Notes: generated by a model from the sequence alone, not told the origin. Shown: positions 31,421 to 43,910, counted from the stretch's first letter. The stretch: DNA of 64,000 nt from Pseudomonadota bacterium (GCA_041639215.1 JBEQCP010000002.1:118844-182843); one strand, 5' to 3'. Translations and numbers: made by a program.

Positions 31421-31508
31421 ATCCGCGAAGGACGCGAAGGGACGCGAAGTGAAAATCAAGAAAACAGGGGCTGGGTTTTCTTCGCGCGTCTTCGCGTCCT
31501 TCGCGGAT
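31421..31508. repeat. Palindromic intergenic element built from inverted triplets of CGCGAAG (copy A)
   Basis: The left arm is ATC-CGCGAAG-GA-CGCGAAG-GGA-CGCGAAG. The right arm is its reverse complement at 26 of 29 positions. The 30-nt spacer has its own small inverted repeat. Confidence 0.8.
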
Positions 31509-31527
31509 AAAAATTGATTTCCAGAAC

Positions 31528-32790
<1,263 letters not shown>

Positions 32791-32809
32791 CTTTAAAAGG
32801 CACAACGCG

Positions 32810-33451
32810 ATGGCAACCTACGATCTCGACGAGCAGGAACGGCTGGACGAACTCAAGGCCTGGTGGAAGCGCTGGGGCAACCTGGTGCTGATCGGGCTGG
32901 CCGTGGTGGTCGCTGCAGGGGCCGGCTGGCGCTACTGGCAGAACCGCACCATGACGCAAAGCCTGGAGGCGGCCTCCGTCTACGAAAAGCTGGTGCAGTC
33001 GCTTGCGGCCAACGACGCCAAGGGTGCGCGCGAGGCCGGTGGCCTGCTGATCGACCAGTACAAGGGCACCGCCTATGCGCCGCGCGCAGCGCTCCTGCTG
33101 GCCAAGCTGAATGCCGGCGCCAAGGACGTGAAAAGCGCGCAGGCCCAGCTGGAATGGGCTGTCGCCAACAGCAAGGAAGCGGCGGTGCGCGACGTGGCGC
33201 GACTGCGGCTGGCGGGCGTGCAGCTCGACCAGCAGCAATACGATGCCGCGCTGAAAACCCTTGCGGCCAGCCACAGCGAGGCGTTTGCGCCGCGCTTCGA
33301 CGATCTCAGGGGCGACGTGCTGCTGGCACAGGGCAAGACGGACGAGGCGCGCGCCGCCTACCAGGCGGCTTTCGGCAAGCTGAAGGAAGACAATCCCTAT
33401 CGCGGCATCGTCGAGCTGAAGCTCGATGCGCTGGGAGGTGAGGCCAAGTGA
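32810..33451 (+). CDS. YfgM-like membrane-anchored TPR protein
   Basis: 213 aa. N-terminus EQERLDELKAWWKRWGN followed by a TM. Position is hisS-yfgM-bamB. Confidence 0.75.
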   Translation: MATYDLDEQERLDELKAWWKRWGNLVLIGLAVVVAAGAGWRYWQNRTMTQSLEAASVYEKLVQSLAANDAKGAREAGGLLIDQYKGTAYAPRAALLLAKLNAGAKDVKSAQAQLEWAVANSKEAAVRDVARLRLAGVQLDQQQYDAALKTLAASHSEAFAPRFDDLRGDVLLAQGKTDEARAAYQAAFGKLKEDNPYRGIVELKLDALGGEAK

Positions 33452-34608
33452 AGATGCGCGTACTCGTGGCTGGCCTGGCGCTGGCGTTGTCGGGATGCAG
33501 CACCGTCGGTTCGGTGACCAGCACCGTGGGCGGCTGGTTCGGCTCCGGGCCGGCGAAGGCGAAGCCGGCGGAACTGGTCGAGTTCAAGCCGACGGCCAGT
33601 CTGATCGAAGCCTGGAAAGCCGACACCGGTGATGCCGACGGCCATCTGTTCCGGCCGCAGGCCGAGGGCGACGATGTGCTGGCTGCCGGCGGCAGCCGCG
33701 TGGTGCGCATCGCCATCGCCACCGGCGGCACGGTCTGGCGTAGCGATACCGGCGTGAAGCTGTCGGCCGGCGCGGGCGCGGGCCAGGGGCTCGCCCTGGC
33801 GGGCGGCAGCAAGGGCGAACTGGTGGCGCTGGACCTCGCAGGCGGCCAGTTGCGCTGGAAGGCGGGCTTGTCGAGCGAGGTGACCGGACAGTTGCTGGCG
33901 GCGGCCGACACCGTGATCGCACGCACGGGCGACGGCCGCGTGCATGGCCTGTCCGTTGCCGACGGCAGCCGCAAATGGCTGTACAGCCGCAACCTCCCCG
34001 TATTGAGCCTGCGCGGCTCGGGCGGCATGGCGCTGCAGGACGATGTGCTGTACGCCGGCTTTCCCGGTGGCAAGCTGGTGGCGCTGAACGCCGCCAACGG
34101 TGCCCAATTGTGGGAAGCCACCGTGGCCCTGCCGCGTGGCGCCACCGAACTCGAGCGGGTGGCCGACGTGATGGGCAATCCGACGGTCGACGAGCGTCAG
34201 GTGTGCGCCGTCGCCTACCAGGGGCGCGTCGCCTGCTTCGATCGCCGCACCGGCGCGCCCTTATGGGCGCGCGATACCTCCAGCAACAGCGGGCTGGCGA
34301 TGGACGAGCGCAATGTCTACGTCAGCGACGACAAGGACGCCGTGACCGCCTACGACAAGGCCAGCGGCCGTGCCGGCTGGCGCCAGGACAAGCTGGCGCG
34401 CCGTCAGGTGAGCGCACCGCTGGCGCTGGGGGCATGGGTGGTGGTGGCTGATGGCGAGGGCTACGTGCACGTGCTGTCGGCCGAGGACGGCAGCTTCGTC
34501 GCGCGCGCCAGGGTCGACAGCGGCGTGCGCACGGCGCCGGTCGACATCGGCCCCGGCTTCGCGGTGCAGACGGACAAGGGCAGCGTCGTCGCCTTCCGGC
34601 TCAAATAA
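33448..34608 (+). CDS. bamB: Outer membrane protein assembly factor BamB
   Basis: Lipobox LSGC with PQQ-like beta-propeller repeats. Start is the GTG at 33448 (overlapping the yfgM stop) or the ATG at 33454. Confidence 0.85.
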   Translation: MKMRVLVAGLALALSGCSTVGSVTSTVGGWFGSGPAKAKPAELVEFKPTASLIEAWKADTGDADGHLFRPQAEGDDVLAAGGSRVVRIAIATGGTVWRSDTGVKLSAGAGAGQGLALAGGSKGELVALDLAGGQLRWKAGLSSEVTGQLLAAADTVIARTGDGRVHGLSVADGSRKWLYSRNLPVLSLRGSGGMALQDDVLYAGFPGGKLVALNAANGAQLWEATVALPRGATELERVADVMGNPTVDERQVCAVAYQGRVACFDRRTGAPLWARDTSSNSGLAMDERNVYVSDDKDAVTAYDKASGRAGWRQDKLARRQVSAPLALGAWVVVADGEGYVHVLSAEDGSFVARARVDSGVRTAPVDIGPGFAVQTDKGSVVAFRLK

Positions 34609-34650
34609 AATCCACGCGTCGGCAATGCCGGCGCGTCAGCAAGGACAAAC

Positions 34651-36060
34651 ATGCTTCCCACCCTGGTTCTTGTCGGTCGTCCCAACGTCGGCAAGTCCAC
34701 CCTCTTCAACCGCCTGACCGGCACGCGCGACGCCCTGGTGCACGACATGCCGGGGATGACGCGCGACCGCCATTACGGGCGCGGCCGCATCGGCGGCAAG
34801 CCCTACCTGGTGGTCGATACCGGCGGCCTCGAGCCGGTGGCCAAGGAAGGCATCATGGCCGAGATGGCGCGCCAGACGCTGCAGGCCATCGACGAGGCCG
34901 ATGCCATCATCTTCATGGTCGACGCGCGCAGCGGTCTGACGCCGCAGGACAAGGTGATCGCCGATCGCCTGCGCCGCGCGTCGTGCCCGGTGCTGCTCGC
35001 GGTCAACAAGGCCGAGGGCATGAACCGCGCGGTGGTCACCGCGGAATTCCACGAACTGGCGCTGGGCGAGCCACTGGCGATTTCCGGCGCGCACGGCGAC
35101 GGCATTTCCGACCTCGTCGCCGAAGCGCTGGCGCCGTTTCCCGAAGAAGAAGAACACGCCGACGAGTTCGGCATCCCCAAGATCGCCCTGGTGGGGCGCC
35201 CCAACGTCGGCAAGTCGACGCTGGTCAACGCGCTGGTCGGCGAGGAGCGCGTCATCGCCTTCGACCAGCCGGGCACCACGCGCGACTCGATCTACGTCGA
35301 GTTCGAGCGCGACGGCAAGCCCTACATCCTGATCGACACCGCCGGCGTGCGCCGCAAGGGCAAGGTCTTCGAGACGGTCGAAAAGTTCTCCGTCATCAAG
35401 ACGCTGCAGGCGATCGAGGACGCCAACGTCGTGGTGCTGGTGCTCGACGCGCGCGAGAACATTTCCGACCAGGACGCGCATCTGGCCGGCTTCGTGCTGG
35501 AAACCGGGCGTGCGCTGGTGGTGGCGATCAACAAGTGGGATGGCCTGTCGGCCGAGCAGCGCGACGACATCAAGCGCGACATCGGACGCAAGCTGGCTTT
35601 CCTCGATTTCGCCCGTTTCAATTACATTTCGGCATTGAAGGCCAAAGGACTGGATACCCTGCTGAAGGACGTCGAGGCCGCCCACGCCGCCGCCTTCATC
35701 AAGATGTCGACACCCAAGCTCACGCGGGTGCTGGAGATGGCGGTGGAGCAGCACGCGCCGCCCAAGAATGGCCTGTTCCGTCCGAAACCGCGCTACGCCC
35801 ACCAGGGCGGCAAGAACCCGCCGGTGATCGTGCTGCACGGCAACGCGCTGGAAGGCCTGCGCGACGACTACAAGCGCTATCTTGAGGCCAGCTTCCGCAA
35901 GGCGTTCAAGCTGCAGGGCACGCCGCTGCGGATTCAGGTCAAGGAAGACGAGGGCAAGAACCCGTTCGAGGGCAAGAAACGCGCCCCGCTGACGCAGAGT
36001 GACGAAACGCGGCGGCGGCGCGAAAAGCGGATACGGCGCAAGGTCTACGGCTCGACCTGA
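34651..36060 (+). CDS. der: Ribosome biogenesis GTPase Der (EngA)
   Basis: Two [10 protein letters not shown]-loops, a KH-like C-terminal domain and a basic tail. Confidence 0.95.
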   Translation: MLPTLVLVGRPNVGKSTLFNRLTGTRDALVHDMPGMTRDRHYGRGRIGGKPYLVVDTGGLEPVAKEGIMAEMARQTLQAIDEADAIIFMVDARSGLTPQDKVIADRLRRASCPVLLAVNKAEGMNRAVVTAEFHELALGEPLAISGAHGDGISDLVAEALAPFPEEEEHADEFGIPKIALVGRPNVGKSTLVNALVGEERVIAFDQPGTTRDSIYVEFERDGKPYILIDTAGVRRKGKVFETVEKFSVIKTLQAIEDANVVVLVLDARENISDQDAHLAGFVLETGRALVVAINKWDGLSAEQRDDIKRDIGRKLAFLDFARFNYISALKAKGLDTLLKDVEAAHAAAFIKMSTPKLTRVLEMAVEQHAPPKNGLFRPKPRYAHQGGKNPPVIVLHGNALEGLRDDYKRYLEASFRKAFKLQGTPLRIQVKEDEGKNPFEGKKRAPLTQSDETRRRREKRIRRKVYGST

Positions 36061-36078
36061 GCCGGTAGGCTCGTGTTG

Positions 36079-36330
36079 TCAGTCGAGCCAGCGCACCAGA
36101 TAGAACAGCCTGAAACCTTCCGACGAGCGCGACGGCCCGCTGGCGATGGCGGCGTGACGGCTCTTCGCCGGATCGGCATGCGCCAGCGCCTCGGTCTCGC
36201 TGGCGTAGATCTCGACCACGCCTTCGGGAAAGCGCTTGCGGGTCTTGCCGGAAGGGGAATAGATCACCACCGCCGAGGTGCCGACGACCTTGGATTCGAC
36301 ATCGGTGAACAGGCTGGTGGCTTGCGGCAT
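36079..36330 (-). CDS. Small hypothetical protein (83 aa)
   Basis: High GC3 frame. Its ATG lies 1 nt after the stop of the upstream small ORF. No family recognised. Confidence 0.55.
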   Translation of the reverse strand: MPQATSLFTDVESKVVGTSAVVIYSPSGKTRKRFPEGVVEIYASETEALAHADPAKSRHAAIASGPSRSSEGFRLFYLVRWLD

Positions 36331-36331
36331 G

Positions 36332-36613
36332 TCAGTGGGTTTTCTTCGGAATGCTGCTGATCTTGACTGCGTGGCTGGTGGGCGTCTCGTCGGTGAAGTG
36401 GGGACGCTCGTCGAGCGTGCGGCCGGTCAGTTTTGCCAGCTCGGTCTCGCGGCTCGAGATCACCATCAGGCAGTCTTTGATGTTCATGATGGTGGCTTCG
36501 GTCAGCGGGCTCGGGTTGCCGTCGCGCGGCGCGGTGTCGCGCACGATGGAAGTCAGGGTCTTGCGCATCATGCGCATGAGGCGCTGCTCGTCGTGCAGGG
36601 TTTTTTCGTCCAT
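36332..36613 (-). CDS. Small hypothetical protein (93 aa from MDEKTLHDEQ)
   Basis: High GC3 frame with GGAG 10 nt upstream of the internal ATG at 36613 (ORF track 36637). Predicted helical. No family recognised. Confidence 0.55.
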   Translation of the reverse strand: MDEKTLHDEQRLMRMMRKTLTSIVRDTAPRDGNPSPLTEATIMNIKDCLMVISSRETELAKLTGRTLDERPHFTDETPTSHAVKISSIPKKTH

Positions 36614-36783
36614 GGGGGATACTCCGGAATGCAGCAAAGATCCCGCATTGTCGGCGTCGGGCGGAGCGGCGTCAACGCAAGTCCCTGTTTCGGCCGGGGA
36701 TAAAAAGTCCGAGTGGGGGCATAAGCAGATTGAACCGCCGGCTGCGGGCCGCTGTTTTATGCTTGTCGGCGGAGGAGCACCCC

Positions 36784-37875
36784 ATGTCCGAGCAATCGAG
36801 CGATCCTAGCGAAGTCCGCGAAATCCGCATCAACCCCATCGTGCCCGCCGAATCGGTGCTGGTCGCCACCGCGCGCAGCATGCGCCCGAAGAAGGCCGAG
36901 GAACTGGCGCCGCGCGACACCCGCAAGCACGTCGAGACCTGTCCGTTCTGCCGCGGCAACGAGCACAAGACGCCGCCCGCCATCCTGGCCTGGCCGGAAG
37001 CCGGTGACTGGCAGATCAGGATGGTCGAGAACCTCTACCCGGTGCTGGGCGACGACCGCGCGCAGGCGAATTTCGCCTTCGGCCTGCAGCAGACCATAGA
37101 CGGCTACGGCCGCCACGAGGTCATCATCGATCACAATGAACACGGCATCGCCGTGCACGACATGGCGGAAAGCCATCTGGCCGCGCTGTTCGGCGTCTAC
37201 CAGACGCGCATGCGCCAGCTGTTCGAATCGGACGAGCGGCTGAAATACGTGCTGGTGTTCAAGAACTTCGGCCCCGCCGCCGGCGCCTCGATCCCGCACA
37301 CCCACAGCCAGGTGATCGCGATGCCGGTGGTGCCGGAAAACGTCGACGCCGAGGTGAAGAACAGCGCCGCGCATTACGCCAAGCATCACCACTGCATCTT
37401 CTGCGCGCTGATCGACGAGGCGCTGACCTTCGAGGCGACGATCTACGATCGCGCGTCCGGCGCGGTGCGGCGCAAGATCAACGTCGGCCAGTACGTGGTC
37501 GAGCGCGGCGAGAAATTCATTGCCATCAAGCCCTTCGCCAGCCGTTACGAGTGGGAAGTGCACATCCTGCCGCTTTCCCACCAGGCCGATTTTCTCGACG
37601 TGCGCGGCGAGGACTTCGCCGATCTGGCGCGGGTGATGAAGCGCACCATGGCGCGGCTCGACGCCGTCATCGGCGGCGCGCAATACAACTTCTTTCTGCA
37701 CTCGGTTCCGCATGACAGCCAGCAGCAGGCGCATGCGCCGAGCTACCACTGGCATCTGGAAATCTGCCCACGCACCTCGATTCCCACCGGCTTCGAGCTG
37801 GGGTCGGGACTGTTCGTCAACACCATCAACCCGGAACAGGCGGCCGAGCGTCTGCGCGCCGTGGAATTGCCGTAA
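36784..37875 (+). CDS. GalT-type HIT-superfamily nucleotidyltransferase (galactose-1-phosphate uridylyltransferase-like)
   Basis: CPFCRGNE zinc knuckle, active-site HTHSQ (H-x-H-x-Q) and a duplicated HIT-like half. GGAGGA RBS before the ATG at 36784. Confidence 0.78.
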   Translation: MSEQSSDPSEVREIRINPIVPAESVLVATARSMRPKKAEELAPRDTRKHVETCPFCRGNEHKTPPAILAWPEAGDWQIRMVENLYPVLGDDRAQANFAFGLQQTIDGYGRHEVIIDHNEHGIAVHDMAESHLAALFGVYQTRMRQLFESDERLKYVLVFKNFGPAAGASIPHTHSQVIAMPVVPENVDAEVKNSAAHYAKHHHCIFCALIDEALTFEATIYDRASGAVRRKINVGQYVVERGEKFIAIKPFASRYEWEVHILPLSHQADFLDVRGEDFADLARVMKRTMARLDAVIGGAQYNFFLHSVPHDSQQQAHAPSYHWHLEICPRTSIPTGFELGSGLFVNTINPEQAAERLRAVELP

Positions 37876-37927
37876 CCCGCCTGCGGGCGGGGCCATTGCG
37901 GGCGGAGTCCTGCACTACAATGCGAGC

Positions 37928-38104
37928 ATGAATTCAACCGGTATGGGAGGCACATTGAACCTCAGGCCTCGGCATCTCCAGAACCTCTTGCTCGACGTCC
38001 CGCGCCGCGAATACGTCCCCGTCTCCATTCCTTTCGGCTACGGCATCGCATGCGTTCCCTGCGCTCGGCAGCGGCGCCTTGTGCGGAGCATTGCGCTTGT
38101 TTGA
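37928..38104 (+). pseudogene. hfq: Truncated hfq-like relic
   Basis: Translation ...HLQNLLLDVPRREYVPVSIPFGYGIA... matches Hfq [25 protein letters not shown] (LQ, L, RRE-VPVSI, GI). The Sm2 part is absent and the frame runs into the hflX start. Syntenic der-hfq-hflX position. Confidence 0.55.
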
Positions 38105-39281
38105 GCGGCACCGAGGCGGAGAGCGCGTCATCCTGGTCGCGCTCGATTTCGGCGATCCCGATTTTGCCGAAAGCATGGCCGAATTATGCCTGCTGGCATC
38201 CGGTGCCGGCCTCGATATCCGCGGCGAAGTGCAGGGCAGGCGCAGCCGGCCGGACGCTGCGCTGTTCGTCGGCAGCGGCAAGGCTAACGAGATCGCCGCG
38301 CTGGTCCTCGCCACCGAAGCCGACGTCGTCATCTTCAACCACGAGCTGTCGCCGGCGCAGGAGCGCAACCTTGAACGTCGTGTGCATTGCCGGGTGATCG
38401 ATCGCGTCAGCCTGATTCTCGACATCTTCGCCCGCCGCGCGCAGAGCGCCGAAGGCAAACTGCAGGTCGAGCTGGCCCAGTTGCAGCACATCTCGACCCG
38501 GCTGGTGCGCGGCTGGACCCACCTCGAGCGTCAGCGCGGCGGTGTCGGCATGCGCGGTCCCGGCGAGAAGCAGCTCGAAACCGACCGCCGCCTGATCGGC
38601 GTACGGGTCAAGGCGCTGCGCGAGCGACTTGCAAAGCTGGGCAAGCAGCGGCGTACCCAACGGCGCTCGCGCTCGCGCCAGCAGGTGTTGTCGGTGGCGC
38701 TGGTGGGCTACACCAACGCCGGCAAGTCCACCTTGTTCAACGCGCTGACGCGCGCCGGCGCCTATGCGGCCGACCAGCTGTTCGCCACCCTCGACACCAC
38801 CACGCGCAAGATCTACCTGCCGCGCCTGGCCGAAGCCGCCGGCGGCGAGCCGGCGAGCGGCGAGGTGGTGCTGTCCGACACGGTCGGCTTCATCACCCGC
38901 CTGCCGCACGACCTGGTGGCGGCGTTCCGCGCCACGCTGGAGGCCACCGCCGAGGCCGACCTGCTGTTGCACGTGATCGATGCCGCGAGCCCGGCACGCG
39001 AGCGCCAGATCGAGGCGGTCGAGAAGGTGCTGAAGGAAATCGGTGCGGATGCGGTGCCGCAGCTCCGGGTCTACAACAAGCTCGATTTGACGGGCGTTGC
39101 GCCGGGAGTGGGGCGGGACGAATATGGTAAACTGCAGAGCGTGTATGTATCCGCGCAAACCGGCGCGGGGCTTGAACTTTTACGCGACGCGCTGTCAGAA
39201 ATCCTGCTTGTCGGCCGCGTCCACGACGAAACCGGCGCAACGGACGACACCTCTCCCCAATCCACTGTTCTCTCTGCATAA
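38097..39281 (+). CDS. hflX: GTPase HflX
   Basis: A TTG start gives (M)FERHRGGERVILV, typical of HflX. P-loop GYTNAGKST. The start is uncertain (TTG at 38079, 38091 or 38097). Confidence 0.9.
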   Translation: MFERHRGGERVILVALDFGDPDFAESMAELCLLASGAGLDIRGEVQGRRSRPDAALFVGSGKANEIAALVLATEADVVIFNHELSPAQERNLERRVHCRVIDRVSLILDIFARRAQSAEGKLQVELAQLQHISTRLVRGWTHLERQRGGVGMRGPGEKQLETDRRLIGVRVKALRERLAKLGKQRRTQRRSRSRQQVLSVALVGYTNAGKSTLFNALTRAGAYAADQLFATLDTTTRKIYLPRLAEAAGGEPASGEVVLSDTVGFITRLPHDLVAAFRATLEATAEADLLLHVIDAASPARERQIEAVEKVLKEIGADAVPQLRVYNKLDLTGVAPGVGRDEYGKLQSVYVSAQTGAGLELLRDALSEILLVGRVHDETGATDDTSPQSTVLSA

Positions 39282-39286
39282 CACAT

Positions 39287-40486
39287 ATGGCCTGGAACGA
39301 CCCGCAATGGGGCAACAACGGGAACCGCAACAGCGGCGGCCCGCCTGACCTGGACGAGCTCTGGCGGCGCTTCAATCAGCGCCTCAACGGCATGTTCGGC
39401 AACAAGAGCACCCGTGGCGGCAGTGGCGGAGACGGGATGCCGGCAGGCGTGCCTGGCGGCGGCAACCTGGTCGGCCTGCTGATCGGCGCGCTGGTGCTGG
39501 TGTGGGTCGCGAGCGGCTTCTATATCGTCGACACCGGCCAGCGCGGTGTCGTGCTGCGCTTCGGCAAGTACGTCGAGACCACCGAGCCGGGGCCGCGCTG
39601 GCACCTGCCGTGGCCGATCGAGTCGCGCGAGGTGGTCAACGTCGACCAGGTACGCACGGTCGAGATCGGCTACCGCAACAACGTCAAGAGCAAGGTGCTG
39701 AAAGAATCGCTGATGCTCACCGACGACGAGAACATCATCGACCTGCAGTTCGCCGTGCAGTACATCCTCAAGGATCCCAAGGACTTCCTCTTCATCAACC
39801 GCGCGCCGGAAGACACCGTGCTGCAGGTGGCCGAGACCGCGATGCGTGAGATCGTCGGCAAGAGCAAGATGGACTACGTGCTGTACGAGGGCCGCGCCGA
39901 CATCGCCGCGCGCGCCAAGGTGCTGATGCAGCAGATCCTCGACCGCTACAAAACCGGCATCAGCATCAGCCAGGTCACCTTGCAGAACATCCAGCCGCCC
40001 GAACAGGTGCAGGCTGCGTTCGACGACGCGGTCAAAGCGGGCCAGGACCGCGAACGCCTGAAGAACGAGGCCGAGGCCTATTCCAACGACGTGGTGCCGC
40101 GTGCACGTGGTCTGGCCTCGCGCCTGAAGGAAGAAGCCGAAGGCTACAAGCAGGCGGTGATCGCCAACGCAGAAGGTGAAGCCAGCCGCTTTGCGCAGAT
40201 TCTTGCGGAATATCAGAAGGCGCCGCAGGTCACGCGCCAGCGTATGTATCTCGATACCATGCAGACCGTGATGAACAACACCAGCAAGGTGGTGGTGGAC
40301 CAGAAGGGTGGCAACAGCCTCTTGTACCTGCCGCTCGACAAGTTGCAGCAGATTGTCAGCCAGCCCTACAGCGGCGCGCCGGAGGTGCTGTCGCAGGCGC
40401 CGGCTACCACGACGGCGCCGTCGATGCCGGCGGACACGCGTTCGCGCGATGCCTTGCGCAGCCGTGAGCGGGAGGATCGGCCATGA
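39287..40486 (+). CDS. hflK: Protease modulator HflK
   Basis: MAWNDPQWG...GPPDLDELWRRF N-terminus, TM and SPFH/band-7 domain. Confidence 0.95.
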   Translation: MAWNDPQWGNNGNRNSGGPPDLDELWRRFNQRLNGMFGNKSTRGGSGGDGMPAGVPGGGNLVGLLIGALVLVWVASGFYIVDTGQRGVVLRFGKYVETTEPGPRWHLPWPIESREVVNVDQVRTVEIGYRNNVKSKVLKESLMLTDDENIIDLQFAVQYILKDPKDFLFINRAPEDTVLQVAETAMREIVGKSKMDYVLYEGRADIAARAKVLMQQILDRYKTGISISQVTLQNIQPPEQVQAAFDDAVKAGQDRERLKNEAEAYSNDVVPRARGLASRLKEEAEGYKQAVIANAEGEASRFAQILAEYQKAPQVTRQRMYLDTMQTVMNNTSKVVVDQKGGNSLLYLPLDKLQQIVSQPYSGAPEVLSQAPATTTAPSMPADTRSRDALRSREREDRP

Positions 40487-41364
40487 GCAAGAACATCGGT
40501 TCCTTCCTGATCGGCCTGGTCGTGGTGCTGGTGGTGCTGTCCGGCAGTATGTACACCGTCGACCAGCGCCAGAACGCCATGGTGTTCCAGCTGGGTGAAG
40601 TGGTGTCGGTGAAGAAGACGCCGGGCCTGTACTGGAAGCTGCCACTGGTGCAGAACGTGCGCTATTTCGATACCCGCATCCTGACGCTGGACTCGGCTGA
40701 CCCCGAGCGTTTCATTACCTCGGAAAAGAAGAACGTCCTGGTCGATTCCTTCATCAAGTGGCGCGTCATCGACGCCAAGCAGTTCTATGTATCGGTGGGG
40801 GGCGACGAGATGCGTGCGCAGATCCGTCTCAACCAGACCGTCAACGACGGCCTGCGCGCCGAGTTCGGCAAGCGCACCATCAACGAGGTGGTGTCGGGGC
40901 GCCGCGAGGAAATCATGAGCATCATCCGCACCAAGGCTGATGCCGATGCCCGCAAGATCGGCGTACAGGTGGTCGACGTTCGGATCAAGCGCGTCGACCT
41001 GCCGGAAACCGTGTCTGAAAACGTCTATCGTCGCATGGAGGCCGAGCGCAAGCAGGTCGCCAACGAACTGCGTTCGACCGGCGCGGCCGAGGCCGAAAAG
41101 ATCAAGGCCGACGCCGACAAGCAGAAGGACGTGATCGTCGCCGAGGCCTATCGCGACGCGCAGCGCGTCAAGGGTGAAGGCGACGCCAAGGCAGCGGCGG
41201 TGTACGCCGCAGCCTACGGCAAGAACGCCGAGTTCTATGCGTTCTATCGCTCGATGCAGGCCTACCGCGAAAGCTTCAAGAGCAAGAGCGACGTGATGGT
41301 GCTCGATCCCAGCGCGGACTTCTTCAAGTACATGAAGAATCCGCGCGCCGCCGGCGGCAAATGA
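40483..41364 (+). CDS. hflC: Protease modulator HflC
   Basis: SPFH/band-7 protein. Its start overlaps the hflK stop. Confidence 0.95.
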   Translation: MSKNIGSFLIGLVVVLVVLSGSMYTVDQRQNAMVFQLGEVVSVKKTPGLYWKLPLVQNVRYFDTRILTLDSADPERFITSEKKNVLVDSFIKWRVIDAKQFYVSVGGDEMRAQIRLNQTVNDGLRAEFGKRTINEVVSGRREEIMSIIRTKADADARKIGVQVVDVRIKRVDLPETVSENVYRRMEAERKQVANELRSTGAAEAEKIKADADKQKDVIVAEAYRDAQRVKGEGDAKAAAVYAAAYGKNAEFYAFYRSMQAYRESFKSKSDVMVLDPSADFFKYMKNPRAAGGK

Positions 41365-41549
41365 CCGGTCCTGACTGGCTTGCGGCAATGGGCCTGTTGC
41401 TGGTGATCGAGGGTATCCTGCCGTTTGCCGTGCCCGCCGTGTGGCGTGACGGCTTCCGCCGGATGCTGGAGTTGCGCGACGGCCAATTGCGTTTCATAGG
41501 CGCTGCCTCGATGTTGGGCGGCGTTTTTTTGTTGATGATGTCGAATTGA
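41361..41549 (+). CDS. DUF2065 small membrane protein
   Basis: 62 aa with two hydrophobic helices. Conserved position between hflC and hisZ. Overlaps the hflC stop. Confidence 0.7.
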   Translation: MTGPDWLAAMGLLLVIEGILPFAVPAVWRDGFRRMLELRDGQLRFIGAASMLGGVFLLMMSN

Positions 41550-41550
41550 T

Positions 41551-43831
<2,281 letters not shown>

Positions 43832-43855
43832 TGCCTGAAATGAACGGTAAAAAAG

Positions 43856-43886
43856 CAAAAAGCCGACTCAAGGTCGGCTTTTTGCT
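43856..43886 (+). terminator. Rho-independent (bidirectional) terminator after purA
   Basis: GCAAAAAGCCGAC-loop-GTCGGCTTTTTGC. The perfect extended stem carries an A-run on one arm and a T-run on the other. Confidence 0.75.
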
Positions 43887-43910
43887 TCAAGCTAATTTCT
43901 TAGCTGCGTT

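Noticed and set aside
31421-31508. I considered whether the tandem CGCGAAG repeats are a miniature CRISPR array or a coding repeat (the track shows PRRTRR peptides).
   Set aside because: The units are 7 nt with 2-3 nt spacers arranged as an inverted repeat, not 25-40 nt direct repeats with unique spacers. No cas genes are present. The short ORFs through them are artefacts.
36079-36613. Annotating the small ORF pair as a toxin-antitoxin system.
   Set aside because: Only size and coupling fit. No recognisable toxin fold motif, antitoxin DNA-binding motif or operator palindrome was seen upstream. It is left as hypothetical.
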